30,590 nt of DNA from a virus. Lineage: Duplodnaviria; Caudoviricetes. Both the position numbers and the translations under genes were made by a program. The stretch spans positions 1 through 30,590 of IMG/VR virus record IMGVR_UViG_3300046820_002629; one strand, 5' to 3'. How positions within the stretch are numbered: the stretch's first letter is position 1; the number at the start of each line of letters is the position of its first letter. The notes under the pieces are model-generated. The model saw only the letters and a program-made list of their open reading frames with translations. It ran no database searches and was not told where the DNA came from. Shown in pieces: positions 1 through 7,571 of this stretch.

Positions 1-164
1 CTAGTTGTGTCTGCTGTTGCTTTCGTCGAATCAACTGCGGTTACAGCAGCTGTATCAACGTTAGCAGCGGTAGAATCCGTTGCTTCATTTGTGGCAGATC
101 CTGAACCACATGCTGTTAGTGTAAGTGCTACACCAAGAGCTAAAATCAATGTATATTTTTTCAT
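1..164 (-). CDS. Small lipoprotein, 3' end runs off the window (absent from the ORF track)
   Basis: Manual translation from ATG at 164: MKKYTLILALGVALTLTAC-GSGSATNEATDSTAANVDTAAVTAVDSTKATADTT..., open to position 1. It has a basic N-region, a hydrophobic H-region and an LTA|C lipobox, followed by a Ser/Thr/Ala/Asp-rich region. Confidence 0.85.
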   Translation of the reverse strand, partial: MKKYTLILALGVALTLTACGSGSATNEATDSTAANVDTAAVTAVDSTKATADTT

Positions 165-209
165 ACTATATTAAATATAAGTAAAAAAAGCGATAAAAAA
201 AAATATAAT

Positions 210-238
210 AAAAAAACCCCAACGAGAAGTCGGGGTTT
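210..238 (-). terminator. Intrinsic terminator
   Basis: The minus strand reads AAACCCCGAC-TTCTC-GTTGGGGTTT-TTTT: a 10-bp stem with one G-U pair (a mismatch on the plus strand, so it is orientation-specific) plus a U-tract. Confidence 0.8.
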
Positions 239-312
239 AAGGTCTTTCGGTGGATTCAACTCCACTTACTTATTTAAAAAAACGAAAGGTAATCGACAAA
301 GAGAACCTACAG
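210..312 (-). ncRNA. Candidate structured small RNA or attenuator leader (family unknown)
   Basis: Lies between a TATTTATA motif (316-323, minus) and the terminator. Nested complementary segments AGGT/ACCT, CTTTCG/CGAAAG and GTGGA/TCCAC occur in otherwise AT-rich DNA. Confidence 0.4.
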
Positions 313-315
313 ACA

Positions 316-323
316 TATAAATA
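316..323 (-). promoter_or_regulatory. Putative late promoter motif TATTTATA
   Basis: Same motif as upstream of the head genes. Directly follows an imperfect hairpin (323-351) downstream of the clpC stop. Confidence 0.5.
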
Positions 324-363
324 TATGTGATTTTCGTAAAAATCCACATATTTAGTTAAAAAA

Positions 364-2382
364 CTAAATAATCTTCGTTTTTATCACCATTTTTTCTTTA
401 AAGGTAATTTTTGTTGGTGTGTTTTCTTTAATATTACCCTTTAAAATCTCATCACTAAGAAAATCTTCGCAAAGAGATTGAATTATTCTTTTTATTGGTC
501 TAGCACCGTATTGTTCTTCCTTATTTCTTTTAAGAATTTCGTTTAAAACAGAAGCATCAAATGTTATTTGATATTTCTTTTCATTTAAACGACTAACTAA
601 ACGATCCATTTCGAGCTTTACAATTTTCTTAAGTGCTTCTTCACCAAGAGGGTTAAATAAAATGATATCATCAATTCTATTTAAGAACTCTGGATTGAAT
701 TGTTGCTTAAGTGATTTCTGTATGATGGTTTTTTTAACCTCATATTGTTGTGTTTCACTACTAGATGTTGTAAAACCAACACCACCACCAAACTCAGACA
801 CCTTTTTTGCACCAATGTTAGATGTCATGATGATAAGTGTGTTAGTAAAGTTAACTTTTCTACCAAACGCATCAGTTAAATGACCTTCATCTAAAATTTG
901 TAGAAGTAAATTGAACACATCTTTATGAGCCTTCTCAATTTCATCGAATAAAATGACAGAGAATGGGTTATTTTTAACTTTCTCTGTTAGTTGACCACCT
1001 TCTTCATATCCAACATATCCTGGAGGAGAACCAATCAATCTTGATACCGTGTGTTTTTCCATAAACTCGCTCATATCAACACGGATAACATTATCTTCAG
1101 AACCAAAAATCAAATTAGATAGTGTTTTTGCTAGGTATGTTTTACCAACACCGGTGGAACCTAAGAAAATAAAAGAACCAATTGGTTTTTTGTTATCTTT
1201 AATACCAACACGATTTCTTCTAATAGATTTTGATATTGCGGTTATCGCTTCATCTTGACCGATTACTTTTTCTGAAAGTTTAGTCTCTAAATTTAGCAAA
1301 TTAGACACTTCTTTACTATCCATCTTTGAAATTGGGATACCAACCATATTTGAGATGATATCATATACATCATCAACATTCACCGGTATTAAAAAGTCTT
1401 TTTGTTTTTCTAACCATTTAGCTTTTTCGTCATCTAACTTTTTAATCACCTTCTTTTCTTCATCTCTTAATTTAGCAGCAACCTCATAAACTTGTTTTTT
1501 AACAACTTCATGTTTTTTCTCCTTAATTGTTTCGATTTCTTTTTTTAATTTCTCAATTATTTCTGGCGCTTTTGTAACAACTCTTTTTTCTGATCCTAAT
1601 TCATCCAATACATCAATAGCTTTATCGGGGAATTGTTTATCGGTCATAAATCTACCAGACAATCTAACGATTGTTTCAATAACCTCATTACCATATGAAA
1701 CTCTATGATATTCTTCATACGAATCTTTAAGGTTTTTTAAAATTTCAACAGTTTCGTTTTCTGTTGGTTCTTTTAAAATAATTTTCTGGAATCTTCTAAC
1801 TAACGCACCGTCTTTTTCGATGTGTTTTTTAAATTCATCAAATGTTGTTGCACCTATACATTGCATTTCACCTCTAGCTAATGCTGGTTTTAAAATATTT
1901 GCAGCATCCATTGAACCTGATGCATTACCAGCACCAACCATAGTGTGTAGCTCGTCAATAAACACTATAACATCGGGGTTCTCTTGTAACTCATGCAAAA
2001 TCGCTTTAATTCTTTCTTCAAATTGTCCACGATATTTTGTACCAGCAACTAATGACGTTAAATCAAGTGATACTAATCTTTTATCAATCAAATTTGAAGG
2101 ACAATCACCCTTTGATATCATTAGTGCTAATTTTTCAACTAAAGCCGATTTACCAACACCAGCATCACCAACAATCACCGCATTGTTTTTCTTTTTTCTT
2201 GAAAGAATTTGCGCAATTCTCTTAACTTCCTTATCCCTACCAACAACAGGATCTATTTTTCCTTCTTCCGCCATCTTAATCAGGTCTCTAGAAAAATTAT
2301 CTAAAATAGGTGTTGTTGAGTTAACCCTTTTGTTTTTAGGATTAGCTCTAGGGTTCTCTTCATAACCAAAATCTACTGCCAT
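364..2382 (-). CDS. clpC: ClpC-like Hsp100 AAA+ ATPase lacking the N-terminal Clp domain
   Basis: TPILDNFSRDL...DPVVGR; Walker A1 GDAGVGKS; pore loop AGTKYRGQFEER; Walker B IVFIDELH; short UVR-like M-domain (YEVAAKLRDEE); Walker A2 GSTGVGKT; GSPPGYVGYEEGG; VILFDEIEKAH; ClpP-docking-like GGVGF; YGARP. Confidence 0.93.
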   Translation of the reverse strand: MAVDFGYEENPRANPKNKRVNSTTPILDNFSRDLIKMAEEGKIDPVVGRDKEVKRIAQILSRKKKNNAVIVGDAGVGKSALVEKLALMISKGDCPSNLIDKRLVSLDLTSLVAGTKYRGQFEERIKAILHELQENPDVIVFIDELHTMVGAGNASGSMDAANILKPALARGEMQCIGATTFDEFKKHIEKDGALVRRFQKIILKEPTENETVEILKNLKDSYEEYHRVSYGNEVIETIVRLSGRFMTDKQFPDKAIDVLDELGSEKRVVTKAPEIIEKLKKEIETIKEKKHEVVKKQVYEVAAKLRDEEKKVIKKLDDEKAKWLEKQKDFLIPVNVDDVYDIISNMVGIPISKMDSKEVSNLLNLETKLSEKVIGQDEAITAISKSIRRNRVGIKDNKKPIGSFIFLGSTGVGKTYLAKTLSNLIFGSEDNVIRVDMSEFMEKHTVSRLIGSPPGYVGYEEGGQLTEKVKNNPFSVILFDEIEKAHKDVFNLLLQILDEGHLTDAFGRKVNFTNTLIIMTSNIGAKKVSEFGGGVGFTTSSSETQQYEVKKTIIQKSLKQQFNPEFLNRIDDIILFNPLGEEALKKIVKLEMDRLVSRLNEKKYQITFDASVLNEILKRNKEEQYGARPIKRIIQSLCEDFLSDEILKGNIKENTPTKITFKEKMVIKTKII

Positions 2383-2405
2383 ATGCTATTCTTTTAAATT
2401 TATCA

Positions 2406-2437
2406 CAAACATAACTAAAAAAACCGAAAAAAACAAA
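2406..2437 (-). promoter_or_regulatory. Bacteroidetes-type housekeeping promoter for clpC
   Basis: Minus strand TTTG (2437-2434), 20-nt spacer, TATGTTTG (2413-2406). Matches the established Bacteroidetes -33 TTTG / -7 TAnnTTTG consensus. Confidence 0.65.
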
Positions 2438-2440
2438 ATA

Positions 2441-2509
2441 TGGTTCAGACAAAATGTCTAAAAAAATGTCTAACGAATGTCTAAATGTCAGCTTTAGACA
2501 TTTGGTTCA
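2441..2509. repeat. Operator-like array of AATGTCTAA direct and inverted repeats between divergent clpC and hsp20
   Basis: AATGTCTAA at 2453, 2465 and 2476; variant AATGTCAG at 2484; inverted copy TTAGACATT at 2494-2502; palindrome AGACA-AAA-TGTCT at 2447-2459; flanked by TGGTTCA at 2441 and 2503. Confidence 0.75.
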
Positions 2510-2547
2510 CAATTTGTAAATTGTAAATTAAAATAAAATAAAACTAT

Positions 2548-2916
2548 ATGATTACATTATTTAAAGACCCTTTTTTTGAAGCGTTTGATAAAGTATTAGA
2601 TGCTTCTCGCTACACAGTTAGCCCACAAACTAATATTCACAAAACAGAGAGTGAATATAAAATAACAATGTCATTACCTGGTTTAACCAAGGATGATTTA
2701 AAGATTTCATTAAAGGAAGGTATTCTTAAAGTATCATTCGAGAAGAATGAGAAAGATGAAAGAACACATTTCGTTGATAATTTCACCAAATCATATAATA
2801 TACCTGATGATGTTAGAGAAAAGGATATTGTTGGTAAGGTTGAAAACGGAATACTGGTGTTAACCCTACCAATAGATAAGAAAAAGTCGTTAGAAAGACT
2901 GATTTCACTTAACTAA
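2548..2916 (+). CDS. Small heat-shock protein (Hsp20/alpha-crystallin family)
   Basis: PQTNI...LPGLTKDDLKI...GILKV...FTKSYNIPDDV...GKVENGILVLTLP matches the Hsp20 signature. Confidence 0.92.
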   Translation: MITLFKDPFFEAFDKVLDASRYTVSPQTNIHKTESEYKITMSLPGLTKDDLKISLKEGILKVSFEKNEKDERTHFVDNFTKSYNIPDDVREKDIVGKVENGILVLTLPIDKKKSLERLISLN

Positions 2917-2935
2917 ACCTTCCATTTATGTGAAT

Positions 2936-2962
2936 TAAAGCCCCGATTGATTTGGGGCTTTA
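2936..2962 (+). terminator. Probable intrinsic terminator after hsp20
   Basis: TAAAGCCCC-(9 nt)-GGGGCTTTA followed by T-rich sequence; immediately followed by TATTTATG at 2963-2970. Confidence 0.7.
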
Positions 2963-3001
2963 TATTTATGTATAAAATCATTATATTTCTAAAAAAAAGT
3001 T

Positions 3002-3247
3002 ATGGCAATATTATCAGAAAGAATTGAAGGTAAAAACATATCGGTTGATATTAAATCAAGTAACATAAAATCAGCATTATATAATACAGAAACTAAACTA
3101 TTAACGGTTGTATTCAATAACGGTAGTATTTATGAATACGAAGATGTTTCATGGGAATTGTTCACCAAGTTTAGGATGAGTGATTCTCAGGGTGCATTTT
3201 TAAATGCTAAAATAAAGAATGCACACACCTATAAAAAGGTAAGTTAA
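3002..3247 (+). CDS. KTSC-domain protein
   Basis: SSNIKSALYN...LLTVVFNNGSIYEYEDV...F...SDSQGAFLNAKIK is the KTSC pattern. Confidence 0.88.
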   Translation: MAILSERIEGKNISVDIKSSNIKSALYNTETKLLTVVFNNGSIYEYEDVSWELFTKFRMSDSQGAFLNAKIKNAHTYKKVS

Positions 3248-4035
3248 TGAAAAACCTAGTAGACGAACTTTTAGAATTATCCGATCCAGAAACCGATAGT
3301 AAAATTATTAAGTCATTTCAGCTTAAGGATACGTTGTGTCCAGAAGTATTTGATAATAATGGGTCTGGTGGGTATGCACTTAAAAAAGAAGTGTCAGATA
3401 AGTTACTAGAGATAACTGATAATTTCATAGACTTCATAGGTGTTGATTTTTTCATACATGATGTTATTTTAACTGGTTCATTAGCAAACTACAATTGGTC
3501 TGAATATTCAGATGTAGATTTACATATTTTAATAGATATGGATGAGCTTAATGATGATGACACTAATTCAATGGCTTTACATGATATTGTTAAAGAATTC
3601 TTTGATGCAAAAAAGAATGTTTGGAACGAGAAGCATGATATAAAAATAAAGGGGTTTGATGTTGAATTATATGTTCAAGATGTCAACGAAGAACACGTAT
3701 CATCAGGTGTATACTCAGTGTTAAATAACGAGTGGGTGGTTGAACCATCTATGAAAAAAGAAAACATTGATACTAAAAAGATATTAGAAAAGGGTGAATT
3801 CTTTGCAAAGAGAATAGACCAACTAATTGATTATCATGAGAATGGTAAAGATATTGATAAGATGGCTTTAGATCTAAGAGATAAACTAAAGAAATTTAGA
3901 AAAAGTGGTTTAGAGTCGGGTGGGGAATACTCTTATGAGAACTTAACATTCAAACTTTTAAGGAGAAATGGGTATATTGAGAAGTTAATGAATCTTAGAA
4001 ACAGTATTTCAAACAAAAAATTATCCCTACCATAA
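3247..4035 (+). CDS. Nucleotidyltransferase (Pol-beta superfamily)
   Basis: LTGSLANYNWSEYSDVDLHI (GS...DxD motif) and a later VELYVQD strand. Coupled to the KTSC gene by a TAATG overlap. Confidence 0.8.
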   Translation: MKNLVDELLELSDPETDSKIIKSFQLKDTLCPEVFDNNGSGGYALKKEVSDKLLEITDNFIDFIGVDFFIHDVILTGSLANYNWSEYSDVDLHILIDMDELNDDDTNSMALHDIVKEFFDAKKNVWNEKHDIKIKGFDVELYVQDVNEEHVSSGVYSVLNNEWVVEPSMKKENIDTKKILEKGEFFAKRIDQLIDYHENGKDIDKMALDLRDKLKKFRKSGLESGGEYSYENLTFKLLRRNGYIEKLMNLRNSISNKKLSLP

Positions 4036-4066
4036 TTGTTAACTGTATTTTTTTCCTTTTCCCCTG

Positions 4067-4097
4067 TATTTATAGGGTAAGAATAAGCTTATTTATA
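4067..4097 (+). promoter_or_regulatory. Two putative late promoter motifs TATTTATA (4067-4074, 4090-4097)
   Basis: Tandem copies in the short intergenic gap before the operon starting at 4109. Confidence 0.6.
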
Positions 4098-4108
4098 ATT
4101 TAAAAACA

Positions 4109-5143
4109 ATGGGAGATATTAAACCTATCGGTAGTGAAAAGTTACAAGGGGATGACAAATTCAAAAGAATTCTTGAGTTAACTTACTACAATCAGAAATC
4201 GTCAAATCAAAAAGCATCTAAAGCTGAATTAGTTAAAGAAAGCTCTAATGGTGTTTATGGTATTGTAAGAGAGAAAGACGGTTATTATGTTAAAAAAGGA
4301 TTGAACGAATCATCACTAGATTACATTGGTGGTATGTTCATGAAAAATAAAAACAAATTTAGTTCATATGCTGAAGCACTTAAAAGATTAGAACTTTTAA
4401 AGGGCCAAGAAATGTTAAACGAAGATATTACAAAATATGTTCTAAAACCAAACAAAGCAAAGCAAGAAGCACCAATGCCAGAACCTGCTGTTGATAGTGC
4501 ACCAGCACCGTCAATGCCATCTGCTGAGGCTGAACCAGCACCAGCTACAGATGCACCAAGCGATTCTACTAACGAACCATTACCTGGTGGAGATGATATG
4601 GCACCTGAAGCACAAAGCCCAGAAGAAAGTAAGCGTTCTGATTACATGGCTGAAATACAAAAATTTTCAGGTAAATTAGGTCAGGAACTTAGAGATCAAC
4701 AACCTAAAATGGAAAGCGATGATATTAAGTATGTTTTAAACATGATTATATCTGCTGTTGATCTAGACAAGTTAGAAGATGACGATATTGAAGAGATCGG
4801 TAAGAAATTTGATAGAGATGAAGAAGAAATGGGTTCAGAAGAAATGCCAGCTGATGATGAAGGTCCAGATTTTGAACCAGAATCAGATGAAGCCGCACCT
4901 GCACCTGAAGATGATTTAGCAGAAAGAATGTCTAAGTTAGAAGAGCTTATTAATTCAAAACTTGGTGATGATACCAATGGTCATGAAGAGGCTTTAGATG
5001 AATTATATTTTGATTTTGAAGATGGTGGTGATGAAACCATGGATCCAGAATCAGAAGAAGAAAATTCTGATTTAGAGATAACTCACGAATTATCAGACAT
5101 AAACGAAGCAATTAACACAACGTTAAGTAAATATTTTGAATAA
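4109..5143 (+). CDS. Hypothetical acidic protein, probably head-associated
   Basis: 344-aa ORF with Pro/Ala-rich and Asp/Glu-rich linkers and several L/I-x-E sites; begins the late-motif-preceded operon upstream of the terminase. Confidence 0.75.
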   Translation: MGDIKPIGSEKLQGDDKFKRILELTYYNQKSSNQKASKAELVKESSNGVYGIVREKDGYYVKKGLNESSLDYIGGMFMKNKNKFSSYAEALKRLELLKGQEMLNEDITKYVLKPNKAKQEAPMPEPAVDSAPAPSMPSAEAEPAPATDAPSDSTNEPLPGGDDMAPEAQSPEESKRSDYMAEIQKFSGKLGQELRDQQPKMESDDIKYVLNMIISAVDLDKLEDDDIEEIGKKFDRDEEEMGSEEMPADDEGPDFEPESDEAAPAPEDDLAERMSKLEELINSKLGDDTNGHEEALDELYFDFEDGGDETMDPESEEENSDLEITHELSDINEAINTTLSKYFE

Positions 5144-5545
5144 ATGTACCTTCTATATATTAACGAATTAGGTCAAGACTATAAAGGCCAGAGACAATAC
5201 GAATTTATCTTTGGTAACGACCCTGATACGTTAGTTGAGGAATGGTTTATAATTCCATCTGCCGGTAGGGCGATACCACCAGAAGTAGAATCAATAGATT
5301 TAGTTGGTCTACTTAAGAATTCTGATTTAAAGCTTGAATTAGTACAGAATTCTGATTATTTTGGTGTTATTGATGCGGTTGATGGAATTGTTGCTTTAGG
5401 GTGGGAGGCATTTGATATTGAGGCAGAAGAAAGACCAATTAGGGTTTCTTTTCATTTTGCTGAAGAATTAGATAGTGTTACTGAAAAATTAGCAACAAAA
5501 GGACTTAGATTAATTAACGAAGAAATTAAATATAAATTAAAATGA
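5144..5545 (+). CDS. Hypothetical protein
   Basis: 133-aa ORF abutting the previous stop and overlapping the next start (ATGA within its final codons). Confidence 0.8.
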   Translation: MYLLYINELGQDYKGQRQYEFIFGNDPDTLVEEWFIIPSAGRAIPPEVESIDLVGLLKNSDLKLELVQNSDYFGVIDAVDGIVALGWEAFDIEAEERPIRVSFHFAEELDSVTEKLATKGLRLINEEIKYKLK

Positions 5546-6219
5546 ACAGAGCGGAAACAATTGAAAAGCTAATCAAAGAAGGTTTTTCAGAAAAAACATT
5601 AGTTAAATTTAATGATAATCAGTTAAAGAAATTTGCTGGTAAAATATTAAAAGAAGCTCAAACTGTTACAACAACTAAAACTATTTACACAGCTGGTGAT
5701 CCAAAAGATAAAGCGGCTGTTAATGCAATTTTAGATAAAGCGGCACACGATCCAAGTATTCTTAAAGATAAGAATATTGAAGTTAAGGAGGAAGATGTTG
5801 ATATTAAGAAGGATAAAAAGAAAAAGACTAAATCGGCAATTAACTTAAAAAACATTAATGAGTTTGTTAACAATGTAGTAGATAAGAAATATCACACAAT
5901 GACAACAAAATTAGAAATGGTTGAATTAGTTAAATCAAAAATGAAGACAATTGTGTCAGAAGATTTAACAGAAAAAAGAATGCCAAAATTACCAGAATTC
6001 ATGTCATTTGATTCTATTGTATCTGCAGCTAAGCCAGAAGAGGCACCAGCTCAACCTGAGGTTATCCCTGATACACCTACAAGGGAAACACCAAGCAGAG
6101 AAGATAATCCTAGAAAAAGACCATTTAGAAATCCAAATGAGGAACCGGCCGTTGATCCAGATCCAAAAGCTAAAATAAAAAAATTACATAGATCTAAAAT
6201 GTCTATGGCAGCAGAATAA
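5542..6219 (+). CDS. Hypothetical protein, possibly head-associated
   Basis: 225-aa ORF, Lys-rich, with a Pro-rich C-terminal part ending DPDPKAK. Confidence 0.78.
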   Translation: MNRAETIEKLIKEGFSEKTLVKFNDNQLKKFAGKILKEAQTVTTTKTIYTAGDPKDKAAVNAILDKAAHDPSILKDKNIEVKEEDVDIKKDKKKKTKSAINLKNINEFVNNVVDKKYHTMTTKLEMVELVKSKMKTIVSEDLTEKRMPKLPEFMSFDSIVSAAKPEEAPAQPEVIPDTPTRETPSREDNPRKRPFRNPNEEPAVDPDPKAKIKKLHRSKMSMAAE

Positions 6220-6227
6220 TTTTAACT

Positions 6228-7529
6228 ATGAAATTAACAAAAAAAGAGTTATTATTGAAGTTAAGAGAAAACCTTAACGAGATGCCAATGACTTTTGATA
6301 CACCAGATAGTAGACCCAACCCAGACGTTGAGAGGGATTTGGCAAATAAACAACATACATTTAAGAAAGTTAATTTTCCTAAAAATGTTGAGGAACCACA
6401 TTCAAATTTTGAAGAATTTTTAGCGTCTAAACGTTATAAGCAAATTGTTGATAACGTTAGAGATAATTTAGGTATGCCATTAGGTGTTGGTGAACAAAAC
6501 ATGCACACATTGAACAGTACAATGGCGCAATGTCAAAGAGAAGTTTCAAGAATAGAATCACAACACGCAACTGAATTAGCCGCATTAGCAGTACAACTGG
6601 TAATGAAAGAGTTAGGGGTTGAAGAGGGTGATATCAATTATGAAGCTAAAATTGAAATTCCAAGTAGTGAAGGTTTCAAAAACTCACCTCCTGGTGAAAT
6701 GGAACCGGAAGAAGTAGAATTAGAGAAAGAACTTTTTGATGAATTAGATGATTTTACACTAGAAAGAGCAAAAAGAAGAATGATCAATGCTATGATGCAA
6801 GGTGCGTCGACTAAAGGTCATTTTATGTTTCATTACGTAAGAGAAGGTTTACAAGAAATAACAGGTCAAGCGGATAGACTAATATCAATGTACGGCGCTT
6901 TAATGTCAGCAGCGGATGCTATGTTATGGCAAGGAAGTAATAGAGGATTAGGTGTTGGTGGTGGCGGAGGTACTCCAATGGTTGCAGGTAAAGAACGAGC
7001 ATATCCAAATGAAAATCCACCAAGAGTTGTTGCAACAGCAATTAACTTCCCAATATTAGTTCATGAATTAATTAAAGGAACATACGAAGTTATTTCGGCA
7101 TTACACGGTCAACCAAAAGATAAAGATTTGGCTAGAAGAGTAATGGACAAAGAAGATAGTAAAAATAAAGAGATTTGGGACTTTAGATTAGGACCAGCAA
7201 TCTGGGATATACTTAAAGATTCATTTCCTGAAGATACCATTACAGAAGAAGATAAGGTTGGTATTCAATTAATTATGTTCCAGACAATCGTTTCAAAACC
7301 CGCTAAAGAATTCTTAGTTTTCATGAAAGAAGTTCTTTCTGGTAGTGATACTGGTAAGAGATTAATGAAAACATTATATGATATGATTAATGGTGAAATT
7401 AATGACTATGATTATAAAGTAGCAATGAATGATTTTAACGAAACGTTAGAGACCACATCAGAAAATACAGACGATGACGATTTCCTAGATTTTCTTCAAA
7501 GTATGGGAATAGATAAACCAAGAGATTAA
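6228..7529 (+). CDS. Hypothetical protein upstream of terminase (HELxKG motif)
   Basis: 433-aa ORF with FPILVHELIKG, a Gly-rich loop and EIWDFRLGP. Function not recognised. Confidence 0.8.
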   Translation: MKLTKKELLLKLRENLNEMPMTFDTPDSRPNPDVERDLANKQHTFKKVNFPKNVEEPHSNFEEFLASKRYKQIVDNVRDNLGMPLGVGEQNMHTLNSTMAQCQREVSRIESQHATELAALAVQLVMKELGVEEGDINYEAKIEIPSSEGFKNSPPGEMEPEEVELEKELFDELDDFTLERAKRRMINAMMQGASTKGHFMFHYVREGLQEITGQADRLISMYGALMSAADAMLWQGSNRGLGVGGGGGTPMVAGKERAYPNENPPRVVATAINFPILVHELIKGTYEVISALHGQPKDKDLARRVMDKEDSKNKEIWDFRLGPAIWDILKDSFPEDTITEEDKVGIQLIMFQTIVSKPAKEFLVFMKEVLSGSDTGKRLMKTLYDMINGEINDYDYKVAMNDFNETLETTSENTDDDDFLDFLQSMGIDKPRD

Positions 7530-7532
7530 GTT

Positions 7533-7558
7533 AAAGTGGTCAAATCGACCACTTTTTT
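7533..7558 (+). terminator. Intrinsic terminator
   Basis: AAAGTGGTC-AAATC-GACCACTTT-TTT: perfect 9-bp stem plus U-tract, 3 nt after the upstream stop. Confidence 0.8.
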
Positions 7559-7560
7559 CA

Positions 7561-7568
7561 TATTTATA
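7561..7568 (+). promoter_or_regulatory. Putative late promoter motif TATTTATA, 3 nt before the terminase ATG
   Basis: TATTTATA-CGT-ATG, directly after a terminator. Confidence 0.65.
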
Positions 7569-7571
7569 CGT

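Noticed and set aside
249-266. GTGGA-TTCAAC-TCCAC hairpin resembling a tRNA T-arm
   Set aside because: Loop size and register are non-canonical and I could not build acceptor, D or anticodon arms. Kept only as part of the ncRNA candidate.
240-310. CGAAAG suggesting a hammerhead ribozyme
   Set aside because: No CUGANGA core on either strand.
662-2365. Plus-strand ORFs inside clpC (662, 1049, 1820, 2037)
   Set aside because: Antisense shadows of a well-supported gene, with no motifs of their own.
2441-2509. Possible mini-CRISPR array
   Set aside because: The repeats are 9 nt with 2-3 nt gaps and there are no spacers or cas genes.
7536-7571. Track's GTG start for the terminase (likewise 16490, 17514, 18178, 28851, 29446, 30573)
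   Set aside because: These starts fall within terminator hairpins, extend into upstream genes, or sit in a frame that is open to the window edge. Better in-frame starts exist.
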